From NCBI GenBank assembly GCA_026914245.1, contig CP110439.1:7564001-7628000 (forward strand): 64,000 bases of DNA. The letters are read 5' to 3'. Shown one piece after another: positions 38,968-52,153 of the stretch (position 1 is its first letter; the number at the start of each line of letters is the position of its first letter). The translations under genes were made by a program, and so were the position numbers. Source of the DNA: Puccinia triticina. Taxonomy: Eukaryota. The notes under the pieces were generated by a model that saw only the letters and a program-made list of their open reading frames with translations, did not search any database and was not told where the DNA came from.

Positions 38968-39375
38968 CAACAATGGGAGGTTACGCTACCCGTAACGGTA
39001 GCGTAACGAAAACATAACGGAATCCTTGCCGTTATCATTACCATGACGGCGGCAAAGCTTCCGTTATGTTTACTTTAATTTTTTTCCCTCTCTTCCTAGC
39101 CTCATTACGTTATCCCTTGCAATTATAGGAGGATAACCTGCGCAAAAAAGGGGGTTTTTCCCCCTTTTATGGCATTTTTACCTCTGGTAACGCGGTTAAC
39201 GTGTTATCTCCATTATTTTTCCGGGTATTGGGGGTGAAAACACCCTCTGTTACGTTACCCACCGGCCCAAGGAGCCATGTTGCCAGATAACGGTAACACG
39301 TTATCTGGTAACGGCGGGAAGTTACGTTACAAAAATCCCTCTGGATATCGTAATGTATGTAACTTCCCATCGTTG
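38968..39375. mobile_element. MITE with CAAC...GTTG ends and 7-bp TSD CCCCCAG (P/hAT-like)
   Basis: TIR CAACAATGGGAGGTTAC / GTAACTTCCCATCGTTG; TSD 38961-67 and 39376-82; internal GTAAC/GTTAC repeats. Confidence 0.85.
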
Positions 39376-40298
39376 CCCCCAGCCAGCCGCCTCCTTGCAG
39401 ACCCAGCAGTGTGCTTTTTGTCTTGATAACTCCGTATTTTTGCCAAGCCAACAGTTTGCTTCTTGTCTCAATAATCCTGGCTCTTTGCAGCCCCAGCAGT
39501 GTGCTTATGGTCTCAACCCCTCTGCATCTTCACAGGACCAACAGTGTACTTTGTTTCTTGTCACCTTTGTTAACAGGTCTCTTGATATCTCCCCAAACTG
39601 GGTTACTGATTGTCCAACTCCAAAATAGTATCCCTTTGAAATCAACCACATCTTAGAAAGATCCTCAAGCTAACATCCCAAGTCTGAGTCCAAGTCTGAG
39701 TTATAGTCTGAGTCTGAATCAGATCCTGAGTTAGGAGTACAATCACAATCAAAATCCCATAACTCTTGCCTGTGAGTCCCAAGAAGCGTGCCTGTATAAG
39801 TAGCTCTGCCAAGACCTTGAAGAAGACCACACCAAAAACTTCCACATTAAAAATAAGATCAGCTCCAGATCAACCACCGGCAAGAAAACACCCAACACTA
39901 ACAGCAAGCATCTTGAAGGCCCAAAGCTGACTGCTTCTGCGTGTACCTTTGATGGTCCTGACTCCAGAGAACAAATTCTAACACTGATAAAAACAACTGC
40001 AGCATTAACCTGTCCTCCAATCCAAACCATTAACGACTTATATTCCTTAACTGACTGTGTCTTTCATTTCTTAACCAATGTAAATTCACACTATTGGTCA
40101 TGGATATCACCCACTCTCTTCTTGTTTCTATGATTGATTGATCAATCTGATTCCATTTCATCTCATCACTTCTATGATGCCTCATTACACTCTACTTTAA
40201 TCAACTGCCTGCTATTTCTTGTGTTCCTTTAATCTTCTGATTGCTCTGTCTCAATGTCATTGACATATTGAACTCTGTCTCAATGTCATTGACATATT

Positions 40299-40345
40299 GA
40301 ACAGATAAATGGTTATAACTGCTTCTTATAACCATTTATCTGTTC
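40299..40345. repeat. Perfect 20-bp-stem hairpin next to a 29-bp tandem duplication
   Basis: GAACAGATAAATGGTTATAA-CTGCTTC-TTATAACCATTTATCTGTTC. Confidence 0.85.
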
Positions 40346-43300
40346 TTGTTTTTATTTTCAAAAAATTAACTTGCCAATGCCAAGTTATTTGGACAGTGAG
40401 ATACAGCAAATGAGTCAAACTTGATTACTACATGTGCAACTTTTTGTGAGCTGGCTGAAGGGGACAATCTGTAGAGGCAGTAAGAGTTGCGAGGAATCAG
40501 TGTGGTGAAGTGTAAGTGTCTTGGTGTACACAGGTAGTGAGGATCAAAGAAAGCAGCGAGGTGAGAGATTGCTGGAGAGAGGTGTAAGGTAGTAGCAAGG
40601 TGTAGGGCCACGAAGTGTATGTAGGGACTTTGGACTTTGGTTTGAGGCTGCGCTCGCAGGGGGCAGGGGGGGGGGGGGTGTGAGGTGTAAGGATGCGAGC
40701 GAGGTGGGTGCGAGCGATGGCTAGCGAGTTGTAAGGGAGGCAAGGTGTAAGGGTGCGAGCGATGGGTAGCAAGTTGTAAGGGTGGAAAGGTGTAAGGGTG
40801 CGAGCAAAGGGTAGGGAGTTGTAAGGGTGGCAAGGTGTAAGGGTAGCAAGATGTAAGGTTACCGAGTTGTAAGGGTGGCGAGGGGCGAGGTGTAAGGGTT
40901 GTAGGAGTTTTGACTTTTGGTTCAAGGCCGACCTGAAGGGGGGGAGTTGGGCAGAAGTTCTGGATGATCCAGAAGTTTGGGAAGTTTTCAAAATGCGGGC
41001 AAAGGTAGCTTGGAGGCTGTTTCCCACGCGGGTCTGGAGTATGCTTCATACTAGGTTTATGTCGACTGACCAGGTGGGTCACGCTGGCGCCCTGTTACGC
41101 CCACCTGGCGCATGTATGACTCCTGCGTCAGGTGGGCGCAGCGGCTTTTCCCGATTTGCCCGGGTGTGTAGTTTATGAACAACTTTCTGAAAAATGTAGA
41201 AGTTGTTCTGATTGCCAAGGAACACCCAAATTTGGACGGTTTTTTTCATATATCACGCTAACAAATGGGGCCTTGCTCACACACAAGCTCAACAACAAAG
41301 CCTCCCTGTGAGAGCCCTGAAGGTGAAGCCCCGCAGTGTCTCTGTCTCACAGAGAGGCTTACCTACCAAAACCTGTATCTGAACTGAGAGTCCCAGGAAT
41401 ATCAGCCTGTATCAGGCTTTTTCACATTTTTCTTTTTTGAAAGCCAGCTATCAGCCTTTGGAGGTTGCCCTGGAATTAAGAAGTGATTGGGAATACACTT
41501 CTTCTGATGCAATTTGGGTCTTGTAGCTGCCAATGTGAGGCCTGATCCTCCTGTCTGATTTTCAAACATAGAGAATAGCCAGCCATATTGAGTAAAGAAA
41601 GTTTGAATACAAGTTCCTTCTGGATCAGAATTGCACTTTGTGCAAGGCGCTTCGCGCCGCGCCCCCAGGTAGGCGAGGGACTTGTGTTAAGTTTCACACA
41701 ATGTGATAATGTAGCGCTAAAAATGTTTGAAAAAGATCGATTTTGCAGCGAGCACAACACGGAGGATCCCTGTGGGATGGTGCCCCCCCCCCCCCGACTT
41801 TGAAGTTCTCTAACTTAACACAAGTCCCCCCTGGTGGGAGCGCTGTGGCTGGCGGCAAAGCCGCCCCTCCCGCAGGGAGGGACTTGTGCATTATCCCAAT
41901 TTTTACGCGGGAGCAGAAAGTTCATTTGGCTGAGAGGTTTTTAAAAATTTTATAGCTCCTCCCCCAGCCTCTCCACCAATATGCCCTATCTGTACCCTAT
42001 GCTACTTTTCTTTCTCTACATTTTGGTCTACTCAGATTTTTTCTATCTCAATCTGTTGACCTTTTCAAAAGATCAAAAATGCACAAGTCTTCCAAATGAG
42101 GCTCCACTTGTTTGGGACTCCAGGAGTTGTTTTTTTGGCTACAAGATAGATAAGTGGCTCAAATTCCTTGCAAGAACAGAACCTACAGCTCTGTGTATTC
42201 AGTTTTTCTATATTGGTTGGGATTTTTAGTGTAGCAGATCCTTTCTGCTCCTGCTTAAATCAAGACATAACTCATAAGCCTCTCCTGCGGAGAGCCCTCC
42301 GGGCGGGGTCCCCCGGACCCTCCGCCCGAGAGGCTTTGTTAAGCTAGGAAGTTCTTATGTAAACCCAGTAGGGATCTACACACTTCAACTGTGAGAAGAC
42401 CAGAAACAGTGACAAGGCAGCAAAAAAAGCAGATGAGGTACATACAAAGACTGCCAAAATTGGTTACCAATGCCAGAAAACATTCAGGGACCAGTGTCTA
42501 CACATCCAGCTCATCAAAATCATTTTGTGTAGCCCAATCAATTGTCCACATCCGTGTCAATTCCTGCCCCCCTCCCCAAGCTTGTCAAGTGCAACAGGTT
42601 TGTTTAATTGTTCATTTCCCTTTTTTTTTCACAGATAAAATATGTGCACTGAAATTACACAGTTCACGCACTGCAAAAATCCGTTGTCGCAATGTCCACA
42701 CCGTAGCAATTTCACTAAAACCAATGTTCTATTTTGTGAGTTTTTCTTGATTAACCCACTGCGGCCTTTGCTACCCCCAAAAGCATTCCTTGACGTGTCA
42801 TAGACCCATCTTCTCACCAAAGAAAATACTGAAAAATTAATACTAAAATTATGATTCAAAGAAAATACTGAAAAATTAATACTAAAATTATGATTCACCC
42901 CCCCCCTCACAGTCAGGGGGCTGAAAGGTTTAAGCCATGTCACACAAATATTTCTCACAATTGCCTCTCTCTGCCTTGGTACCTTTTAACTGCTGTAACT
43001 GTGTATAGAGGGACTAAACAGAGTTTTCATCTGATTGTGATGCATAGTTATTATTGACATTATTGTATTGTCAACCGGTAACTTCAGCACGCTCGACACC
43101 GTATTCATCACCAAGGTTGCCGGTGTTGTGCTACATAAATCAACGATCTCAAGGAAGAGCTCGGTCGATTCACTTCTGAAGGAACAACCGTCCTCGAAGG
43201 CTGGGTCCTTTACTCCATCTCGCCGGTCATCTTGAAGCCACAGCTCCGCTGGCCAATTCTTCAACTCTTTGCTTTGATTCTCTTGTACTCGGGATGACAA

Positions 43301-43803
43301 CAAGCCTACAACAATTTTGAACGGTTTTGGCTTGCTTCCTCAGGTCTTACTCCCTGGTCTGTCTTCAGGTTTTGTACGCACATCTTGACTAACGGATTGC
43401 CATCAAGTGTTTCAAACTTTCTTGATTTTGTTTCTTCAAACCCGCGCACAGAAGTAGTCTGAAGTAGTATTGCAAATAAATACATATTCAGGCTATTTAC
43501 ATAAACCCATATTTTTTGCTTACCCACATTCATCAAATTTTTTGATTCCCTTGATCACCAACAGTGACCAATCCTGCCAGCCAGGCCTGGTCCTGGGAGT
43601 GGAAGAAAGCCTAGCCTTTGACTCATCCCCAACACTTATCGCTCTTGCTTCAATCGTTTGGTAAATTGTTGACTTTGAGCTTCGAAGTTAGCTTTGGTTT
43701 GAACTTTACAGTCGTACATATTTATACACACGCCGTCCTTTCGATATTCTTGAAGATTCCTGAACCCAGCCCCGCCACCAGAATTCTGATACCGGTCGAT
43801 TCG

Positions 43804-46800
43804 ATGGTTAATTTCCTCTCGCGTTGTTCTCTCGCACGGCTACCGCCACACCTTCGGCCATCCCAGATGCCGTGCGCACAAGGACTCAGTACCATCCGTC
43901 TGAGGACGGTCATCCATGTCTTACTTCTTATTTTCATCTCATCTTCCGAATCTCAACGCCTATGCTCCGACAGCTCGCCAACTTCTCCCGGATGTATCTG
44001 TCCCCCCGGTCTGACCAACTCCCCCGATTGCAACCGACTCATTTGTGGCAATCGTTAGTGCCATCTCTGTTTGATCTGATCTAATTTGTCTCCATGGCAT
44101 GTTCACATTCTGATTGGAAACGTGATTCTCTGATCCATTCAACCTGATATGTATCGCCAGCTTACCAGAATTCAACGTCGAGAGCGCCCTTCGATCCAAC
44201 CTTAGCAGGGGCATCTGGCAACTTGGGCTGCGGCGAGCAGTGTAGCCCTGGGTTTGCAGGGTCTAGCTGTAATAGTCAGTTTCTTTGAAATCCATTTTAA
44301 ATAACGCCTGGCCGCCATGAAGAAACTGGGAGATTTTTTGTTGATCTCTTTTGTTCGCCTCCAGTCTGTCAAAACACCGATGGATGTCAAAAAGGAATTT
44401 CGTCCGCTTCTTCTGGCTCCGCAACTCCTTTCGGCTTAAGTTCGGTCGCGACTGGTGATGTGATTTGTAGCAAGGAGCCCATCGCATTCACCGCCAACTT
44501 TGGCGAATGTTCAATTGATGTAGGGGTTTTTTATATGCTCTTCTTCCACGCTGTGCCTCTTACGCCAGGTCTTGATCGCCTTTCAGAATCCTATGGTCAA
44601 ATCCTTACTTCCCGGCAGGATTCAAGCCTCCGTCCAGCGCTACCCCGACCCCTCGTCAGCTTCATTGCCTCCCTCGAACATCGCGGGACTCCCAGCCGGG
44701 TGGACGACTGTCCAACTGGCGTATGCACCCAACACTACGGCGCCGCTGCAAAATCAATTCTCATGCCAAGCCAACGATTGCATCCAGCAAGTCAGCAAGG
44801 ACATATACAGCATGTCATGTCAATCTTTGAAATGCAAATGTAGCACGGGTAGCTTTCTGTGCGGAGGAGGGCCGCTTGATCTCACGACAACTATCACTAC
44901 AATCAGCGGCGAGGTTGGGATGGACTGTCCTTTGAGTAATGATTCTGCCACATCAGGAGCGGCGGGACCCTGTCACATCAAACTGGGGCTTTTGAAGAAC
45001 ATTTTTGGTCCTCAAGGTTTCAGTCTCAACGAATGTCAGTTCGGAGAATGTGTTCAAAAGAGGCTTGCTGCCTCCAAGCGGAACGAGCTGATGAATGTGG
45101 ACCAGTCGACAATAGGAGGCGGGGTGATTGCTGGACTGGTAGTTGCGGCGCTCATAATTGCCGCTTTATTTGGGATCATCGGTTTCGGCTTTTACCGCCA
45201 GCGCATTGCAAGAAAAACCACAGGAAGTTCATATTCTTCTACATCAGCCGCTGCTCAGGTCGAATGGAATAACTTGAGATATTATCTCCCATCGAAGTCT
45301 GGCGCCAGTTCAATTCTTCGCAGGCGTAGGGTTCATTCAGCGAATACCGCGCATTTGGAAGCAACCAAGTACCCGACTAGATCATCCACCTGTTCTCATG
45401 CATCAAACACACTCTCCTCCGGCCCTCAAATTCTTTGCGGCCTGAGTGGCTCTTTGGGAGCTGGCACTATGATGGCAATATTAGGACCTTCCGGAGCGGG
45501 TAAAAGGTGAGATAACCATCCTCGTATTTTATTCTGCTTGCAACTATTACTCCGCGAATTCTGAACAACAAAACCTTTGGATTATGGAATTGATCTAGTA
45601 CGTTCTTGGATGTTCTGGCCGGTCAACAAAAGTCAGGAAAAGTTTGTGGGCGAAGGAACATATTTCTACCCAGTGAGCCCGAGGAGCCGATAGTGGTTGG
45701 ATTTGTCGATCAATCAGATATCCTTCCACCCACAAGCACAGTGCGAGAAGCACTTATGTTTTCAGCTCGGCTGAAGCTACCCGAGCACGTGTCACACGAA
45801 GAACGAAAGCGTCGGGTCCAGGAAGTTGTTGATTTGCTTGGTCTCTCCAACGTGGTTCATTCACCCATCGGAGACGACGAAAAACGAGGTTTATCGGGTG
45901 GTGAACGTCGACGATTGAGTATCGGGCTTGAACTGATAGCTCGACCCTCAGTTTTGTTCCTTGATGAGCCTACATCGTGAGTGTGCCAGAAAATTAAAAG
46001 ATCTACGATGTTTCTTTTCTATAGACGAGTTCACCGTGCACGTATATTCAACAATTTTGCCTTTTTGGGCCCAATGATCATGTTCACAGTGGCCTCGACT
46101 CAGTTTCTGCGCTGCGGGTGGTAAATGTCCTCAAGGGACTATCGACTGGAGCTGATGAAGGACACGGCACAACAATAATCTGTAGCATTCACCAGCCGAG
46201 CTCACAGATATATGTAAGTTCCACATCCGTCTTCGGATCTAATGGCAAACAATGACTATATTACAAACTAATGATTTTTTTTTCAGCATGCCTTTGATCA
46301 TGTTTGCCTGCTCGCACCAGGTGGTCGTCAAATCTATTGTGGGCCCACCTCTGAAGCCGTTGGGTATTTAGGGTCCCGGGGACTGAAATGCCCCCCAGAA
46401 TACAATCCTGCCGACTGTAAGCCAAGATCATGTGGTGCGTTTTAATATCTGACAGCAGGGCTGATCGTCTGGAGCTTTGAGTTTAGTTTTGCTCGAGGTG
46501 GCGTCTGAGCCGCCGGTCGGGTTTCTGGAGCATTGCATGGAGTCGGACCAGGCAAAGTCTGAAATCGAAAAGGACGAATCATCTGCACATTTTCCACCGC
46601 CTGCCCCAAAGAACATAGTGGGAAAGTTTGGCGAACCTAGTGCTACGATGATCACCCAGCTGCAAGTGATTTCACACAGGGAGTGGTTATGCTTGAAGAG
46701 GGATCCGAGCTTGTTTTGGTTCCTGAATATATTATCAATCATTATTGGAGTCTTCGTCGGTGCCATGTTTTTTCAAGTAAACCTGAAAATCTCCGGGTTT

Positions 46801-47735
46801 CAAGTGCGTATACTCCTGATCCATCGCTTGCTATAACCATTCACATTGAATCTGACCCGCTATTCTACCTCGTACTACGATTAAAGAATCGAGTTGGCTC
46901 CATGTTTTTCACATGTGCAGTATTTGTGTTCAGCTCTTTGTCAGCGTTGACAAATTTTTACCGCGTGAGGGTACTGTTCATGCGGGAAAGGGCTGCCGGA
47001 TTTTATTCCCCGACGGCATGGCTAATCGTTCGCGCAGGGTTTGATGTGATTCCATTGAGGGTTTTGCCCATGTTAACCATGGGAACTATAATCTACTGGA
47101 TGGTAGGCCTGACGAATGAAGGGTCGCATTTTATCAAATACCTTTTGGTCTTACTCGAGCTAGGTCTGGTCCAAACCATGTTCAGCATGTGGCTGGGGGC
47201 CACCATTCGCAACCTAGGGACAGCGGTATTCCTAGCTAGCATGGCCAACTTGCTTCAACTTGGCTTTGCTGGATTTTTCGTCAACTTGACTAGCATGACA
47301 AAGGTGCTGAGGTGGGTCCAATACGTGATACCCCTTAAGTTCGCCTTGGAGGCAATGTCTGTCAATGAAGTTGCGGCGGGCTTAATGATTGATGTAAGAC
47401 CCACAATCATCTACTTGTCAGAAACGAGGTCGCTCCTTGTAAAACAATATCCTGACATTTGCCTCATAAAAATACGTTTTTAGGATAACCTCCAAGGCAT
47501 CAATGTTAAAGTGTCAGCTGGTATGATCATGGGGCTACTGTTTGGATTTGAAGATGATGCGTATTGGAGGTCGGTCGTTTTCGTTTACTTTGTTTCTAGA
47601 TCGTAAACTCGAACTAATGTGATATCTTACTTTTTGTTATCTCACAGGAATGTCATCATCTTGTTTGGATTTTTCTTATTTCTAGCCAGTCTCTTGATTC
47701 TTACAGTTATCCGCCGATTGAAACAAGTGAAGTGA
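43804..47735 (+). CDS. ADP1-like ABCG half-transporter with N-terminal Cys-rich/EGF-like ectodomain (multi-exon)
   Basis: CICPPG..DC..CGNP, CSPGFAGSSCNIC, TM helix, Walker A GPSGAGKST (across an intron), LSGGERRR, VLFLDEPTS, SIHQP, ABC2 membrane domain (FMRER..FYSP); ends IRRLKQVK*. Confidence 0.9.
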
Positions 47736-48094
47736 TTTCTTGCATGTAAAACAGTAACTTAATGAACCAAAAAGTACCCCAGCATTTTTATCAGATTTGT
47801 CACCATAGAACATGCATTTGTAAGACAATTTCCCTTCAATTGTCAGCCATGGACCCTCCGAAGTTGTTTGACCACTGTCGGCAGCAACAACACCAGCAAT
47901 GAATAACCCACTTCGAGTGTCAACAAGAACCAAGTTCAGTTTTGCGTCTTGAAAGTATAATTGAAGAAAATGTCAAGTATCTGAGCCACTGTGCAACCGC
48001 CCCACTTGCTTGATTGTATTCATCAATTGGTGTACTTCAAGTACAATAATGTGAAATAATATATGGTCATTGGCGCACCCAGGACGCCACTGGA

Positions 48095-48181
48095 GGGGTT
48101 CTAGCTCATCGGTAGACCGCTCGCTTAGCATCGCGCTGAGTAGCATGCGAGAGGTACAGAATTCGACTCCCTGGTACTCCA
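48095..48181 (+). tRNA. Intron-containing tRNA-Ala(AGC), degenerate (likely pseudogene)
   Basis: GGGGTTC-TAGCTCATCGGTAGACC-G-CTCGC-TTAGCA-[15-nt intron 48131-48145]-T-GCGAG-AGGTA-CAGAA-TTCGACT-CCCTG-GTACTCC-A, followed by a T6 terminator; mismatches in the D, T and acceptor stems. Confidence 0.75.
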
Positions 48182-49153
48182 TGTGGTTTTTGAGGCAACT
48201 AGTTGCAAAGCATTGCCCGATTCACTGGACTCTGTTAGAAACTCGGTGATACAACCAGCACATGCAAACTGGTGCCTAATTTTATGATCTATGTGCTCTT
48301 TAATCACTTCTTTGATCAAGGGAGTTGAAAAATTGACTGCCATAAATAAATTTATCGACTCCCAAAACGTGTGTAAGTCTCGGGGACCGTCTCACGACGT
48401 CCACCCTGGGTCCACAGGACCAAATTTTGACCCGCGCGGATTTTGGGAGTCGGAAAATTAATTCTGCTATCCAGAATGGGAGTCGGAATTCCAATTTCAC
48501 AAAAAATGCCAAAAAATAAAGAAAAATTTATACCTCCTCACTGGGGCGCCCAAAGCCCCCCAAAATTTTACAGCAGTCAGAAAGTGCTCTTAAGAGCACA
48601 TGGTGAGCTGCACAGCAGTAGCACACCCCATGAAATGGGTGTGCTACTGTGGGTCTAATTTTGGGGATTTCCTACTAAGGAAATCCGCCAAAGCATTAGC
48701 TATGGTGCCCCAAAGCCCCCCAAAGTTTTACAGTGGGCAGAAATACCGCTGAAAAGCACCTTGTGAGCTTCTTGACAGTAGCACACCCCAGGCAAGTCAT
48801 GTGCAACTGGGAGTCTAATTTGGCGGATTTCCTGCTAAGGATATCTGCCAGAACCAGCTACTGTGCTGCAAAGTACACCAAATTTTGGATCATCAAGTTA
48901 AATAATCTGTACTAAAGCATTTAGCTGCAAGGCAGTAGCCCACCAACAGAAATAATTTTGAGTCAGCTGGGGCTTTTGGTCATATCTACTACTAATTGCC
49001 TCTGCCATAGTTATTGTCAGCCACAGAGTACATGCCACAGTACCTTACACGTACCAAGTACCTGCAATTGTCCACATTACATATAGTACATCCCTTTTTA
49101 CACCTTTATTACATACTAGAGGCCAAGGCGGCTACGCCGCTGCAGGTTTCAGG

Positions 49154-49354
49154 CAACGCTGAAACAAATGCAATATAAAAAATGTATATGGTAAACATTT
49201 CACATTGAAGATGCATACCTACATGTCTTATTTTTTGTTTTTAGCCGTTATCCTGTATATAATGGCTAAAAAAATATTTAGACATGTAGGTATGTATCTT
49301 TGACGTGAAACATTTACCATATACATTTCTTGTATTGCATTTGTTTGAGCGTTG
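49154..49354. mobile_element. Fold-back MITE with CAACG...CGTTG ends, 7-bp TSD TTTCAGG/TTCCAGG
   Basis: Whole-element imperfect palindrome (AAACAAATGCAATA..ATGTATATGGTAAA / TTTACCATATACAT..TATTGCATTTGTTT). Confidence 0.85.
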
Positions 49355-51662
49355 TTCCAGGGAGAGTTTCCCACCTCACTACATGCTATTGCTAGCATCT
49401 TGCCCCAAGCAACAGATCACCCCATTTCCCCCACCAGTGGAAAACCTGGCTATTATAGCTTTCTCCTTGTTCCTGATTCCTCATTGGCAGCCCTGGTGCT
49501 AACCCAGTGACTGGTTGGCCATTAATTAAAATTTTGTGAGAAAACATGTTGGGATTGGACCCAACCACAATGATTTTCTCCAACAATACACATCTCTATA
49601 TAAAACTCAAATTCATTGAGAAAATTTCAGTAGAATAGCTTTAATAGATTGACAATGAGATAATGTGTGTCTTGCATTCATAGATACAAACAACTTGCAA
49701 AGCTATGAAAAAACAGCAAATCACAACACCCATGCAACAGAGCAATGCTTGTTCAAGGAAGGAAAGAGGCACGGTAAGCAATTGGCCACACAGGTTTCTT
49801 TTGTTGCTTGATAGGGAGTGGTAATCCAGTCACTATATCTCTCTCTCATATGTTGTTCGCTGAAAAATAAAGAACTGACTGGATAGGCTATGATTTGAGC
49901 AACCATACATTACTACTTTTCAAAAGCTTGAGCACAATTAAATTGAGAAGCAGGGAGAGAACTATGTAGAGGATGGGAGGGATGTTATTTTAAGTTCAGC
50001 AAGGGTTGAGGAGGCCAATACCTTTCTTAGCATCCCAAGGAAAGACTTCAGAGTTAAGTTTAACGAGGGAGTGAGCAGAGAATTGGGAGGGTTGTGAAGG
50101 AGGAGGAGTGGACAAGACAGGATGGTTAGATGGACGAAGAGGATTGAAGGATGACAGGGTCAAAAAGCTCGCATTTGTAGCAATTTAGGGGGGCCATGAG
50201 GGCCTCTTCGAGTGCGGGGAAGGTGTAATAATGATTGACGGAAGGGTCGACCAGGACAGGGTCCACGGGGCCATAAAAGAGGGAGTCAACTCGCCGGGAG
50301 TCGTGGTTGTCGTTGGAGCGGATTCGCAGGAGAGGCCCGTTGAGCCGAGGAGGCAAGCTGCGCTCAGAACCATTCATCCCAGCCCGGCTTGGCTTTGGGG
50401 TCGACAACGTGCCCCCCTCTGACGAGCTTCCTTGGGACGCTGGTCCCCCGGCCTGTCTTCATTAGTAGTAACGGAAACGGTACTGGGTTTGCCGGGTTCT
50501 TGAGGTGGGCTTTGATCAGTAAGTTGGAGCTGAACGTTGCATCCCTACAAGTCTTTTTTGAGTGTCGAGAAGCTGGCTGAGTTGCATCAAGACCTACTGA
50601 TTGTGCCGTAGGAATCACTCATTGCTGAAATTGATGCTTGCTGGACTTTGAATTTTCCGGGTTGATTTTTGGAGATGTCAGATTTCAAGTGTCAGTATCT
50701 GAGTGCCAATCGATCAAATCATCTTTAGGTCGCTTCTTCAAAGATGATGTGGATGCAAACCTTGAGCTTTTGTCAATCATCACTTGCACGATTATTACTG
50801 AGCAAACTAAGAATCGTGGTGGAGCAAGGAAAATTATAAGAAGAACGAGTTGACATAAGTTGAACAATGCGGCGAACAGGTAGAAGCTTACGGTCAGGAA
50901 GACAAGTGTCTGAGAAGGTGTTGGTCCTCCCGCCGCATTGTTGGTTTGGATGTGTTCAGGTAGTCCTGCGCCTGTGCCCTTCATCCTGTGGTTCTTGCGT
51001 CCTGAGCTGGTGGTGTCCCTGTGTCTGGCTGGCATGGTTTGGCTTGAAACTTGGTGCTGATTAGCTGTTGGCCGGGCCGCGAATCACATAAGCCATTAAT
51101 GAGAGGCCCGGTACAGCCAAACCGGGAGGGAATAGACTAAAGCTGAGCCTCAAATTGTTCCCCAACACAATCATGCTATGTATCCATCCCAATAATTCCA
51201 CCAGACAAGGGCAAGAACCTCTCATTCCTCAAGATGAGGACAGCTGCAAGCTCAATTATGAGCAAGAATAAGTAGAGAATGAAGAACCAAATTTGCCAAG
51301 AAATTGGGGCAAGGCCATTGTCAACATAACAGCTGGAAAAATGAGTGTTCTGTTTACATAGTTTAGTCATGTTTGACCTTTTTTTGCCTGTTGCCCATTT
51401 GTTCCTCAGCATAATTATCTGATGTGGCAATAAAAAAAAGGAAGTTTTGACTTGGCCTTAGACAAATTGGATACAAAGACTTGGGTCCCTCAGTAAAGCT
51501 GAGCATCTGACAGACAAATCTCCAGTTGTGTGGATAATTGATCTTTTTCCTCCTGTGGAATGGTGAAATCTAAAATGCTTCAAGTTTCAAATACAAATTG
51601 GGTTGATAATATGTGTAGGATTGACTTGTCATGAGGGGTGCACATATAGATCTTGAATTATC

Positions 51663-52014
51663 AGATCATCTGAATTGGTGTGGGTGTAACTTGAGGAGTA
51701 GTAGATCAGCTTACTCCCAGATTAGTGCTAATCCGGACCATCAACCACATGGGTGCAGGTTAAATAGATGACTATGTATGTTGTATGGACCTAGATCTTA
51801 TGTAAGATGTGTTTGGTGGGGAGGAGTGTCTGTATGCATGTGAATATGCACGCCACACTTACTCCAAAAATCAACAAAGAGTAAATTTACTCCCACTTAG
51901 TCCAAATCATACTCCCAGGAGGAGTTTAGTCCAATTAAATTGGAACCAATGCAGTTGCCAAGGAGGATTAGTTACATTAATCCCTCCTTAATCCACAACT
52001 GATGTGGATGCTCT
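51663..52014. mobile_element. Diverged inverted copy of the 24813-25176 MITE
   Basis: Ends GTGGATGCTC; shares ACTCCCAGGAGGAGTTTAGTCC, GAGGATTA and GCATGTGAATATGCA with the first copy. Confidence 0.7.
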
Positions 52015-52040
52015 CACAGTGGCTTGTGGGAAAAGGGGTT

Positions 52041-52153
52041 CACTGTGAAAAAAAACTCAAGAAACTGCTGCCAGTTGACATGCAATATGACAAAGGCACC
52101 TTTGTAATATTGCATGTCAACTGACAGCAGTTTCTTGAGTTTTTTTCACAGTG
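52041..52153. mobile_element. Near-perfect fold-back CACTG...CAGTG MITE (113 bp)
   Basis: CACTGTGAAAAAAAACTCAAGAAACTGCTGCCAGTTGACATGCAATAT... paired with ...ATATTGCATGTCAACTGACAGCAGTTTCTTGAGTTTTTTTCACAGTG. Confidence 0.88.

Larger units (their letters stand above)
25949..41168. mobile_element. Candidate ~15-kb composite TIR element (CACACC.GG.CAA ends, TA flanks) containing nested TEs
   Basis: TACACACCAGGACAATTGGG at left versus reverse complement TACACACCCGGGCAAATCGGG at right; near-identical ~400-bp inverted blocks at ~34225-34600 and ~40700-41080. Confidence 0.4.

Noticed and set aside
42986..43640. Minus-strand ORF fragments upstream of the ABC gene
   Set aside because: Interrupted by stops, with no recognisable motif.
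47682..48343. Short minus-strand ORFs downstream of the ABC gene
   Set aside because: They overlap the ABC 3' end and the tRNA-like sequence; no coherent protein.
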